Part shown: one piece after another, positions 1 through 7,994 of the stretch
Numbering within the stretch: position 1 is the stretch's first letter
Layout of the letters: every line of letters begins with the position of its first letter
Source of the DNA: a virus
Taxonomy: Duplodnaviria > Caudoviricetes
IMG/VR virus record: IMGVR_UViG_3300037882_000231
Location: 699 to 64,698 of that record
Direction: 5' to 3' (one strand)
DNA length: 64,000 nt
Position numbers and translations under genes: made by a program
Notes under the pieces: model-generated
What the model saw: the letters and a program-made list of their open reading frames with translations, nothing else
What the model was told of the DNA's origin: nothing
The model's database searches: none

Positions 1-161
1 AAATAGAATGGGCTAGTTACCACCTGACCCTTTCTACCGATTCTCTCAAACCCTCCACACTCACACACAGACTTGTGTTCTGTGTAATAATCAATGGAGT
101 GTCCGTACCCTGCCGCAGATGCCTGAAATTCAATCTGAGACAACTCGTGTCCAGCAATCAT
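1..161 (-). CDS. hypothetical protein, partial (runs off window start)
   Basis: ATG at 161 overlaps the TGA of the upstream gene (ATGA); frame MIAGHELSQIEFQAS... stays open to base 1. Confidence 0.6.
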   Translation of the reverse strand, partial: MIAGHELSQIEFQASAAGYGHSIDYYTEHKSVCECGGFERIGRKGQVVTSPFY

Positions 162-328
162 CGGTAGCGGGCCTTCAACTGCGGCTCAAGACCAGCCCTC
201 ACAAGGGCCTGGTAAGCCTCTCCAAAAGCCTTCTCTACACCTGTGGCAGACTTTCCAGAAGCACCGTCAAGGCGCTTCCGTGCCGCGCGGTAGGTGGCAT
301 ACAACCTGTCCTTCTCGTCGTCAGTCAT
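158..328 (-). CDS. hypothetical protein
   Basis: ORF 158..388; ATG 328 (MTDDEK) follows GAAGGAGAG RBS and overlaps the upstream stop. Confidence 0.65.
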   Translation of the reverse strand: MTDDEKDRLYATYRAARKRLDGASGKSATGVEKAFGEAYQALVRAGLEPQLKARYR

Positions 329-551
329 TCCCTCTCCTTCTGATTTCATTAAGCGTAGTAAGCGTGTTTGTAGAATACTCAACGGCAAAGGTGAACATCA
401 CCGCTAGATCCTCTGGGTGCCAGCGCTGCGCTACAGCCTTGCTGTCCTGGTTCTGTGATACACAACTGTAAATGATTTCTGCAAACTCATCAACAGTGAG
501 ATAGTAATCATTTAGCGGTAGCGGATTGCTGTCATTTTCTGGCACGTTCAT
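321..551 (-). CDS. hypothetical protein
   Basis: 76-aa ORF with ATGA coupling to the upstream gene. Confidence 0.6.
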   Translation of the reverse strand: MNVPENDSNPLPLNDYYLTVDEFAEIIYSCVSQNQDSKAVAQRWHPEDLAVMFTFAVEYSTNTLTTLNEIRRRGND

Positions 552-793
552 CGCTCGCCTCTTTCTGTATCAACGTATCGCGTTTCAGGAGTGACTCTAC
601 CAAAACGATTCTTCTTCACGTTACCATTAGAGTGAATGAAGATGGCTGCATCCTTAAAGTCATACTCATTCGGCAAGTTAGGGATGTCTGGAACGATAAC
701 GACGTTTCCCTGATATACATACACCCTGTATAAACCCATATCGCACATATCATCATAGGTTGCTGTGCGGGAGGTTGAATGAGTCAATTGCAT
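548..793 (-). CDS. hypothetical protein
   Basis: 81-aa ORF with AAGGA RBS, just downstream of the tmRNA. Confidence 0.6.
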   Translation of the reverse strand: MQLTHSTSRTATYDDMCDMGLYRVYVYQGNVVIVPDIPNLPNEYDFKDAAIFIHSNGNVKKNRFGRVTPETRYVDTERGER

Positions 794-814
794 AACATGA
801 TCCTTATCGTTGTC

Positions 815-1129
815 TGGTGGAGGTGGGAGGATTCGAACCTCCGTCTTACATCGTTAAATCTTGAGAGATACAGGCTTGCCATTTTTAGTTGGCTCTATCG
901 TACATCTTGTCGCTTTGAAACCGTACATTTTGTCGCTTGCAACTTTCTGTTCCAAAGCAGTTGCCGCTCGTCACAACTCAGACGGTTGCGAGGGATGCCT
1001 CGGCAAGAATTGCTTCTGCCTCAGCGACTACATCATAGTTTGCATTTATTGTTTGTTTGGTCTTTTGAGAGATTCCACTCTGCCTGCCCTTTCGGACCTT
1101 CACGGATGCAATCGATACCTGGCACCCCC
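815..1129 (-). ncRNA. ssrA: tmRNA (transfer-messenger RNA)
   Basis: 5' GGGGGTG pairs with 3' CACCTCC-ACCA including the G3:U alanine determinant; T-arm GGAGG-TTCGAAT-CCTCC; resume context ATAAAT-GCA; tag ORF 1043..978 = ANYDVVAEAEAILAEASLATV*. Confidence 0.95.
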
Positions 1130-1139
1130 TTGTCCCACT

Positions 1140-1168
1140 AGTATATCACCAATGGGCTATTCTGTCAA
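1140..1168 (-). promoter_or_regulatory. sigma70/HrdB-type promoter for tmRNA
   Basis: TTGACA-17 bp-TATACT with extended -10 TG. Confidence 0.85.
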
Positions 1169-1483
1169 GCCGTCTTTGAATTTACGAGGCTTCCAGTTGG
1201 AATACACAGGAGTCGTAGCCCTCTCAAGCGAGGCGGCGAGGGACTCATTAGTGTCGATAACCTGGTTCAGCATCTTCTGCAAATCGGCTGCATCAGCAGC
1301 GTCGCGTGCCAGGTTGCGAAGGAACGACGCAGGACTTTCGCCCTCTACCCGACCAACGTCATCGGCATTGAGTTCCCATCTTTTCACGGCCTCCCGTGCA
1401 AGGTCACGCTCAACGGTGAGTTTTGTGACAGTGTTCTCAAGGATTTCGATACGCTTCTTATAGTAAGACTCTGTTGCTTTCAT
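1157..1483 (-). CDS. hypothetical coiled-coil protein
   Basis: 108-aa helical ORF within the operon. Confidence 0.65.
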   Translation of the reverse strand: MKATESYYKKRIEILENTVTKLTVERDLAREAVKRWELNADDVGRVEGESPASFLRNLARDAADAADLQKMLNQVIDTNESLAASLERATTPVYSNWKPRKFKDGLTE

Positions 1484-1485
1484 AA

Positions 1486-1971
1486 TTAGTCCACCTTATC
1501 AAAAACTGTGAGAATGAAGGTATCTTCCTTATAGCAGGACATAATGCCTCTTAGTTCTAGTTCTAGGATCTCATCTTCGATGCCGCCGATGCCGCAGCCA
1601 ATCCATGGCATACTCATCTTGTTAATTCCCCTGTCAACAAGGAAATTAATAGATCGAATAACTCCCGCAGAGATAAGTTCAATCTTGGCGTTGGCACCTG
1701 GCTCTACCTGGGAGAAGATATTCATGACGTACTGGCCTTGCTTGACCTTCCACGGCATAACGCGCATATCAGACACAGCATCATGCTCGCATAAAGCCTT
1801 GTAGGTTCCGTACATGACGGGGAACTTGTCTCGGAACTCCTTTGCGATCCCCGCGCCCATGACGCCACGCATATTGACGCCATGGGCGATAGCGGAATCT
1901 GTGGAGTAAAAGAGATCACCCTGTACGAAGTGAATTCCAGGCCCCTCGTTAGGACCACTCCACCGTGCCAT
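1486..1971 (-). CDS. macrodomain (ADP-ribose binding/hydrolase, Appr-1-p family) protein
   Basis: motifs VQGDLF, AIAHGVN..GVMGAGIA, SMPWIGCGIGG. Confidence 0.9.
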   Translation of the reverse strand: MARWSGPNEGPGIHFVQGDLFYSTDSAIAHGVNMRGVMGAGIAKEFRDKFPVMYGTYKALCEHDAVSDMRVMPWKVKQGQYVMNIFSQVEPGANAKIELISAGVIRSINFLVDRGINKMSMPWIGCGIGGIEDEILELELRGIMSCYKEDTFILTVFDKVD

Positions 1972-2408
1972 CAGAAGATGGTGAGGCCCTGAGCCTCTGC
2001 CGCAGCAGCGATAAGACCGATCTGGTCTGCGGGTCCACTGATGGAAACCGTAGCCATTTCAACAGGCGCAACCGGCTTGGGTGTGGCACGAACGTAGTCA
2101 CGCAGTTCATTCCACAGGTGACCAGGCGATCCTCCCTGGGAGAGGTCAGCGTAGAAGTCCTCTGCAACATCGGAATCCACTTCGTAGGAATACTCATCCC
2201 CACGGTGCGTCGTCACGACGATCAGACTCTTGTTTTCTTCAATTGCACGGAACTTAAACTGTCGAACAACACTCGACTCTTCAATCTCTGGAATGTACCA
2301 GGGCTTCCCAAAGACGGACTCGCTCTGTGTGGGCGTGAACGTAACAGTGGTACCCTCGGTGGAGCCAGAGGTCTTAGCGTGCTTGCCCGTAGGCCAAATG
2401 GTGATCAT
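1971..2408 (-). CDS. KTSC-like domain protein
   Basis: ESSVVRQF...L.V....G..YSY.V....F.....SPG..WN pattern resembles KTSC; ATG 2408 follows AAAGGA RBS. Confidence 0.5.
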   Translation of the reverse strand: MITIWPTGKHAKTSGSTEGTTVTFTPTQSESVFGKPWYIPEIEESSVVRQFKFRAIEENKSLIVVTTHRGDEYSYEVDSDVAEDFYADLSQGGSPGHLWNELRDYVRATPKPVAPVEMATVSISGPADQIGLIAAAAEAQGLTIF

Positions 2409-2436
2409 GGTGTGTCCTTTCGTTGTCGGTAAGAGT

Positions 2437-2465
2437 AGTCTATCAGAGTAGAGCAGCGTTGTCAA
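2437..2465 (-). promoter_or_regulatory. sigma70-type promoter
   Basis: TTGACA-17 bp-TAGACT with extended TG. Confidence 0.75.
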
Positions 2466-2952
2466 GCAGTTCTTCTCTGGTGATCTCAGTCTCTTTGAGA
2501 TCACGGTCCCATCCTGGGACCACTACTGTCGGAATGTTGTTCTCCTGCCACATGGTGATAATGGCCGGGTTGTCATCGAACGCAAGGATCGGGTCGTACC
2601 CAACAGCCCTGATGCGCTCAAGCAGTTCTTGTTTGATTTCGTAGTCAGGGCGGAAGTCTCCGTTGGTACGCATGTAGATATCGTCAAACGGAACTTCTTT
2701 CTCAACCAGCCATACCAGGGTGTGATAGAACCACTTTTCCTGGCGGGCCGTAACGATGAGGACAGCATACCCTTCGGCTGCCAACTTCCTTGCCCTGTCT
2801 GCCACCCATTCATGGGGAGGGCAATCCACAGAGTTAGAGTGGAACGACTCAAAGTCCTTCTTGCCCTTTGGCTTTTGTAGATAGTGTCTGATGCTTGATA
2901 CGTCACATAGGGTGCCGTCCATATCAAAGATTACTGCCTCTGCTAGTTCCAT
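2443..2952 (-). CDS. HAD-family phosphatase (PseT/polynucleotide kinase 3'-phosphatase-like domain)
   Basis: VIFDMDGTL, IVTAR, MR..GDFRPD..IK and FDD motifs of the T4 PNK phosphatase domain. Confidence 0.85.
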   Translation of the reverse strand: MELAEAVIFDMDGTLCDVSSIRHYLQKPKGKKDFESFHSNSVDCPPHEWVADRARKLAAEGYAVLIVTARQEKWFYHTLVWLVEKEVPFDDIYMRTNGDFRPDYEIKQELLERIRAVGYDPILAFDDNPAIITMWQENNIPTVVVPGWDRDLKETEITREELLDNAALL

Positions 2953-2971
2953 GGTTGCCTCCTTTCTTAGG

Positions 2972-3041
2972 TCGCTCTACTTGGATTTGAACCAAGCCCC
3001 ACACCTTATGAGAGTGTCTGGCACACCAGTGCCCTAGAGCG
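2972..3041 (-). tRNA. tRNA with CAT anticodon (Met or Ile2), atypical D-arm
   Basis: acceptor CGCTCTA/TAGAGCG, anticodon arm ACACT-CTCATAA-GGTGT, T-arm CTTGG-TTCAAAT-CCAAG, D-arm GGCAC-TGGT-GTGCC; CCA not fully encoded. Confidence 0.8.
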
Positions 3042-3087
3042 GTAGTGGCCCTGCCAAGGCGTGAGATCAAGGCAGGGACACAGAGCA

Positions 3088-3116
3088 ATCATAGCACAGA
3101 TTGCCCATGATGTCAA
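3088..3116 (-). promoter_or_regulatory. sigma70-type promoter for tRNA/phosphatase
   Basis: TTGACA-17 bp-TATGAT with extended TG. Confidence 0.85.
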
Positions 3117-3313
3117 TACGAAATCTGGTCCCCAACCTTGTCCAAGGTCATGAAGTGATACCTGATCTTACCATTGACATCTTCGTACTGAATCCTCAAC
3201 AGTTCATGGATTCTGCTAACGCGGATCACACGAACCGCTGGCACAGCGTTATACTTTAGGAGCCAGAAGGCTACGCGCTCGCGTGGGTCACTTACTGTTG
3301 CCACCTGTGACAC
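3113..3313 (-). CDS. hypothetical protein
   Basis: 66-aa ORF filling the operon gap. Confidence 0.5.
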   Translation of the reverse strand: MSQVATVSDPRERVAFWLLKYNAVPAVRVIRVSRIHELLRIQYEDVNGKIRYHFMTLDKVGDQISY

Positions 3314-3527
3314 CCGCCCTTACCCAACTGGATACCACGGCCCAGCCAATGAGTCCAATCGAAACCGACTGCCAGAAGCCAAGCGAGCCGCCGATGATGC
3401 CCTGTTCGAACAGGATTTCAGCAACGATCATAATACCCCAGCCCTGCGCTAGCGCGCCAATCGCAAAGAGGATTACGAGCACAACCAGGATGCCTACGAC
3501 GGCAGCCGTGTCTCTTGTCTTAGTCAT
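3288..3527 (-). CDS. small membrane protein
   Basis: two to three hydrophobic segments. Confidence 0.7.
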   Translation of the reverse strand: MTKTRDTAAVVGILVVLVILFAIGALAQGWGIMIVAEILFEQGIIGGSLGFWQSVSIGLIGWAVVSSWVRAGVTGGNSK

Positions 3528-3531
3528 TGTA

Positions 3532-3909
3532 TTACCCTTCTGCTAGAAAGATGACCGCACAGATCACCGAATAAACGAGGAGTGGTGCCCATGAGAAGGG
3601 GTTACCACTCAGGATTACAACTATAGCAGCCTCGTACAGGAATGTCAAGCAAAGTGTGAGAAACACCCACTGACTAGAGTTCTTGGGTCGCCTGAGGCTA
3701 GTTGCCTCCCAAACGAGGCCTACGAAGGCGGCGAGTAGTTGAATTGTTCCCACAACCGCTGCGCTTACCGCAAGGGTCGGGCCTGCGCCAATAGATGAGA
3801 TAAGCATCGTGTTATCCCCCTGCAAGGCGATGTTAACGAGGCCATAGAAGATGGTTGTTACATACAGGACAACTCTAATTGACTTTAGGGACGCGCCGTG
3901 GCTAGCCAT
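3532..3909 (-). CDS. membrane protein (about 4 TM)
   Basis: four hydrophobic stretches. Confidence 0.7.
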   Translation of the reverse strand: MASHGASLKSIRVVLYVTTIFYGLVNIALQGDNTMLISSIGAGPTLAVSAAVVGTIQLLAAFVGLVWEATSLRRPKNSSQWVFLTLCLTFLYEAAIVVILSGNPFSWAPLLVYSVICAVIFLAEG

Positions 3910-4180
3910 TTTCTAGGTTAAGGAGACGCTCAATCTCCAAAGACATTGAGGCCGACTGGCGAGAGGTAATCCAATGATCTACCCCGTCAACTGTGGCGAT
4001 AATGGTTGGGACGGAGCGAACCCCCGCAGCAGCAGCCACGGTTGGTGCCTCTTCAACGTCCACTAGTACAAACTCCACGCCAAGTTCCGTAAGGTACCCG
4101 GTGGACACTTGCTTAAAAACAGGCTTCAATGCCTGACAAGGGCTGCACCAAGTAGCGTGATACATTGTTACCTTACTCAA
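3902..4180 (-). CDS. thioredoxin
   Basis: ATWCSPC active site, VDVEE, GVRSVPT. Confidence 0.9.
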   Translation of the reverse strand: MSKVTMYHATWCSPCQALKPVFKQVSTGYLTELGVEFVLVDVEEAPTVAAAAGVRSVPTIIATVDGVDHWITSRQSASMSLEIERLLNLENG

Positions 4181-4364
4181 TCTCTGCTACCTCCCATTCT
4201 GTTTCGATTAACTTAGGTCCGTACTTATCGGAGTGGTGACCACAGAACGTCAGAATTAACTTGTCTTTGTAGTACATGACTTGCGCCCGTACCCGACAGA
4301 AATCACATATCTCCACACCCCACACAGGGGGAGGCGCTGTTATCGTACTCTGGTCTGTATCCAA
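4173..4364 (-). CDS. small zinc-binding hypothetical protein
   Basis: CDFC...LTFCGHH motif typical of small actinobacterial/actinophage proteins. Confidence 0.65.
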   Translation of the reverse strand: MDTDQSTITAPPPVWGVEICDFCRVRAQVMYYKDKLILTFCGHHSDKYGPKLIETEWEVAEIE

Positions 4365-4385
4365 TATTGACCTATTCTATTTTGT

Positions 4386-4460
4386 AACCCCTCCCGCCTG
4401 TAACTATAACCAATCCTAAGGGGCTATTCCCGCGCACGAAGGCCGGGAGCGGGAGGGGCT
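4386..4460 (-). ncRNA. putative structured small RNA of unknown family (three-way junction)
   Basis: 12-bp closing stem AGCCCCTCCCGC/GCGGGAGGGGTT enclosing two hairpins; G:U pairs favour the minus strand; begins about 7 nt after TGATATAAT. Confidence 0.55.
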
Positions 4461-4466
4461 GTATCC

Positions 4467-4495
4467 ATTATATCAGATAAGTCGCGCCTGGGCAA
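4467..4495 (-). promoter_or_regulatory. promoter at the terL 3' end
   Basis: TTGCCC-17 bp-TATAAT with extended TG. Confidence 0.7.
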
Positions 4496-6263
4496 CCCAT
4501 TCTCTAACATCATCTGGCATCTTAGGTGGCGGAACCACAGTGTTCTCTGGATACTCCCTGACCTCTTGGTTAGCCTGCTTCCTGTAAGTGAATATCTCAA
4601 TCTCACCGTTGGCTGACCTTACCGAATATTTGGCAGCGTTATAGATGGCTCCACACACCGCGTCAGCGAGGTCCTTAGACCCCTTCCTAGGGTGATCGAC
4701 CTTGCTGTTCTTCATGATGCGAAGGGCAAGCATTTCACTCTTTAGGAGTTCATCGTCCGGTCCATCAACCCTACGTTCGTTCACACCGATCAAAAAGTCC
4801 ATGTAGTGGGGCAAGCCGACAGAAAGTAGTTCAGCCCTAAGGCCATATGATCGCAAGTCCTCAATGGTCTGCGTAGAGTTCCAACGGTCAAAGGTAACCA
4901 ACTTGATATTGAAACCAGCACGCCAGATATCAAGGATAAAATTGGTTACGTTCTCTAGATCTAGTGGCTGGTCACTCTTAGGCTTCCAGTGCTTTACTAG
5001 GTCAACGGTTATCTTGGGCTCCACGCCTCTGCGCTTACCCTCTACCGTGCCCCATCCTGAAACGTGAGCCAGGGCGACAGCACAGTTGTCGTGCTTTTGA
5101 GCGAGGTCAACGTGAATGAAATAGTCGATCCCCTCGATTGGCTCAAACTCAGACCTTAGACGACCATATTCATCCAGAGCATAATCATAGTTCCTGAAAC
5201 AGAAATTGACATTCTCCTCAGACTTGAAGAAGGCATCAACAGCCTTCGGTGGCATACAGGCGAATCTGGCGAGCGTGTCAACGGGGTCGTCAAGGAATCC
5301 AGATAGGTAGTCATTAATGCTCTTGGTTGGGTTGACCTCCCAAGCGGGTCGGCGCATGGCAAATACGTTGGGGAACTCATAGTGCTCGATGTGATCTTCG
5401 TCCCACTCAACGACAATTTCATTCTCTGGAATTCCATCAGGAAGGTCAGGGTCGATCTTTAGTGTCTCTGACCTCTGGATGACATCCTTTTCCTTGATGA
5501 CCTTATCGTACCTGCGGGTAATAAAATCTCCCTGGTACCTTGGAAAGGATAGTTCCACTACCTTACCCACATCAGGGAAACGAGAAAGAACCGACTGCGA
5601 GTACATCTGATACACCGCGTCGGCTGTCTTAGCATTCTCATTACCGCTGGCATTGTCCACAGCGAAACCGGCAATCTCGTCAAGGATGACCAGGATAACG
5701 TTATATCCCTCCCACGCCTCACGCTCCGAGTGACCAGAGTGTACGGTGACCATCTTATCGAACTTGAATTCACCGGCCTTCTTTTCATACTTGCCATTGA
5801 ACCATGGGGCGCGTGTGATGGCGCGAGTAAAGCCCTTGAAGAAAACGTTGTTGGCCTGCTGTGCGTTGATAGCGATGTTAAGAATGTCAATGGCGTCACC
5901 AGGAGGCTTACCGAAATACTTGGCTGGCTCCTTAAGGCACAGCAACTTATGAACAAGGTACGCACAACCAATGGTGGAGGTAAAGTCCTTACCGGACCCC
6001 TTGCCAAGCATCATGATGATTTCCTTCTTGGTGTGTGACCAAATCTCCTCACCACGATCTTTTCCGTAGAGATTAATCAGGTCGCTCTTGCGATACACCT
6101 GACTCATCAAGTCTACTAGGAGTTCCTGCTCCTTGGACAGCGTAATGCCATCCCTTCTGAACCCCATATATTCATCCTCGTAGAGAAACTCTTTGAGGTC
6201 TGCTGGACGCTCCTCAAATGGATCGTCGTCCAGGCTGCTTAGGGCCAGATCAAAAATGCTCAA
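4473..6263 (-). CDS. terL: terminase large subunit
   Basis: Walker A LGKGSGKD, Walker B VILDE, nuclease HVDLA, TFDRWNS, DHP..GSKDLADAV. Confidence 0.93.
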   Translation of the reverse strand: MSIFDLALSSLDDDPFEERPADLKEFLYEDEYMGFRRDGITLSKEQELLVDLMSQVYRKSDLINLYGKDRGEEIWSHTKKEIIMMLGKGSGKDFTSTIGCAYLVHKLLCLKEPAKYFGKPPGDAIDILNIAINAQQANNVFFKGFTRAITRAPWFNGKYEKKAGEFKFDKMVTVHSGHSEREAWEGYNVILVILDEIAGFAVDNASGNENAKTADAVYQMYSQSVLSRFPDVGKVVELSFPRYQGDFITRRYDKVIKEKDVIQRSETLKIDPDLPDGIPENEIVVEWDEDHIEHYEFPNVFAMRRPAWEVNPTKSINDYLSGFLDDPVDTLARFACMPPKAVDAFFKSEENVNFCFRNYDYALDEYGRLRSEFEPIEGIDYFIHVDLAQKHDNCAVALAHVSGWGTVEGKRRGVEPKITVDLVKHWKPKSDQPLDLENVTNFILDIWRAGFNIKLVTFDRWNSTQTIEDLRSYGLRAELLSVGLPHYMDFLIGVNERRVDGPDDELLKSEMLALRIMKNSKVDHPRKGSKDLADAVCGAIYNAAKYSVRSANGEIEIFTYRKQANQEVREYPENTVVPPPKMPDDVREWVAQARLI

Positions 6264-6823
6264 ACGTGTCTCGCAGCGTCCATATCTTCCTGGCGGATAA
6301 CCTTAATCGGTTCCGCAAAGCCAGCAACCTTATTCAACCTGCGCCTGACCTCTTCACGGCAAACATCACAATCTGCGGTAACCTCTTTGAGGATGGCGAC
6401 AATCTGCTCAGCCTTCTCCTCAGTCTCCGCTACCTGATTAGCCAGTTCTAGATTCTCTAGCACACCGGCATCCTTAAGCATCTTCACACGCTTTTCCTCA
6501 GTAGAGGCGGCAAGGGCTAGGGCAGAGATTTGATTTCTAATCTCACCAGCCTGCTCTGCCGTATCAGCAACGGACCATGCCGAGTCGATGATCTGTGCGT
6601 AGTGACCATCAGCAGAGTGTACGACCTCTGAGGCTCTGTCTGTGAGCGCCCTGGAATTAACAGCGTATGCTTTCCAGTGGTCGATGTATTCTTTTACCTG
6701 CGCGCGGGTCATGCCCTGCTGACGCATGATTTCCTTGATCGGAACCTCACGGAAGTACAAGGCCATAACCTTGTCCATCTTGTCCATGAATTCCGGCAGG
6801 GCTACCTCGCTTCCGCTAGCCAA
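6260..6823 (-). CDS. putative terminase small subunit
   Basis: N-terminal HTH-like plus helical body, directly upstream of terL; TTG 6823 after AAAGGTGG overlaps the upstream stop. Confidence 0.6.
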   Translation of the reverse strand: MASGSEVALPEFMDKMDKVMALYFREVPIKEIMRQQGMTRAQVKEYIDHWKAYAVNSRALTDRASEVVHSADGHYAQIIDSAWSVADTAEQAGEIRNQISALALAASTEEKRVKMLKDAGVLENLELANQVAETEEKAEQIVAILKEVTADCDVCREEVRRRLNKVAGFAEPIKVIRQEDMDAARHV

Positions 6824-7127
6824 GGCGAACCACCTTTGTTTTCTTAGCCCTGGAACGCTTAGGCCTGACAACACCCTTGAGTTCGTCAATGTAGAAGGCC
6901 CTGAACTGGTGGCTCTTATCGTCCACGCAATTGATCCACGTTACGTCCTTTTGAGCATTGTGCGCCCAACCCCTGAACGAAAAGACGCCACGCCTATTCT
7001 TGAAACGGATCTTGTCACCAGGCTTGATAACGTCACCCTCAAAGGTGAGTTCAAAGTAGGAGTGGATCTGATCATTCCAAGGGTAGGGCTCGCCGGTAAC
7101 CGTAGCGTCACGCCTATTCATCTTCAT
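6816..7127 (-). CDS. hypothetical protein
   Basis: 103-aa ORF coupled at both ends. Confidence 0.7.
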   Translation of the reverse strand: MKMNRRDATVTGEPYPWNDQIHSYFELTFEGDVIKPGDKIRFKNRRGVFSFRGWAHNAQKDVTWINCVDDKSHQFRAFYIDELKGVVRPKRSRAKKTKVVRLG

Positions 7128-7300
7128 CGAGAGTTGCCACCATTCCTAGTAGGGCTCCATACCGACTTAGGGTAGTCGATCTGGCGCTGCTTAATTCCTT
7201 CTTCGCACTCACAGACAATACCGTTGTCTCGGTCGGCAACAGAAACCATTTCTTCTGTCACCTTGCCGCAAGTGTCGCATTTAAACGTATAAAGAGGCAT
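7124..7300 (-). CDS. FmdB-like zinc-ribbon protein
   Basis: MPLYTFKCDTCG...CECE motif. Confidence 0.8.
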   Translation of the reverse strand: MPLYTFKCDTCGKVTEEMVSVADRDNGIVCECEEGIKQRQIDYPKSVWSPTRNGGNSR

Positions 7301-7305
7301 TCGTG

Positions 7306-7854
7306 TCACATCTTCCTTTTCATCCATTGTACCAGATGGTCAACCCTTTTGTCAACTGGCTCATTCTGTACCACAAAAGGCTTGATGTTAAACTTTGTAA
7401 TGAACATCATAACATACTTGGCGATATCTTTTTGGTACTGCGGATCGGTAGGGCGAACCCCATCGTCCTCAGGGAGCCAGTAGGTGGGGAAGTAGATGAG
7501 TAGATCATAGGTTTTCATAACGTCAGCGATAGCGTCCTCAGCCACCCTGAGTTCCGCCGAATACTTGCCATCAAATACGTTACGGTTGAGGTAATAGGTG
7601 TACGCTAGGGCGTCCAGCGGTGTACGCTCAGCCAGCATATTCAGGTCAGAGTTTCGTACCTCGCGGCCCATCATGGACAGCATAATTGCTGCCTGACTCT
7701 GGAAGGTAGCCTCTGTATTAATGGGAAGCCTATTGGCTAACTTGCGAGACTGTGAGCCTAGAAAAGCATAGTCATCAAAGAACGGGTCCTTGCCTGCCGC
7801 ATGAAAGAACGAGGTCTTGCCTGTTCCGTGGGCCCCCGACAATCCAATTTTCAC
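7306..7854 (-). CDS. P-loop NTPase / nucleotide kinase (AAA_28, NadR/TMK-like)
   Basis: IGLSGAHGTGKTS, ERTPLD..AY, DDGVR. Confidence 0.8.
   Translation of the reverse strand: MKIGLSGAHGTGKTSFFHAAGKDPFFDDYAFLGSQSRKLANRLPINTEATFQSQAAIMLSMMGREVRNSDLNMLAERTPLDALAYTYYLNRNVFDGKYSAELRVAEDAIADVMKTYDLLIYFPTYWLPEDDGVRPTDPQYQKDIAKYVMMFITKFNIKPFVVQNEPVDKRVDHLVQWMKRKM
7326..7355 (-). promoter_or_regulatory. sigma70-type promoter
   Basis: TTGACA-18 bp-TACAAT with extended TG. Confidence 0.7.
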
Positions 7855-7994
7855 TTCATCAATCCAAACTGTTGTAGGTATCTTCTAATGGTCATTTCAG
7901 ACACACCCTGTTCCTGGGCGATCTGCTTAGGCTTCTTCTTTTTCACAATGAACTGTCTGCTCAGCCACACCTTCGACTGGTACAGTTTACTCAT
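7851..7994 (-). CDS. small HTH DNA-binding protein (47 aa, below ORF-track cutoff)
   Basis: MSKLYQSKVWL...KQIAQEQGVSEMTIRRYLQQFGLMK*; overlaps both neighbours. Confidence 0.8.
   Translation of the reverse strand: MSKLYQSKVWLSRQFIVKKKKPKQIAQEQGVSEMTIRRYLQQFGLMK

Noticed and set aside
779-1463. Plus-strand ORFs of 120 and 200 aa
   Set aside because: They are antisense to the tmRNA and a minus-strand gene, with no recognisable motifs
4424-4606. 60-aa minus-strand ORF over the terL end
   Set aside because: Out-of-frame overlap with terL that spans the promoter and structured RNA; no RBS
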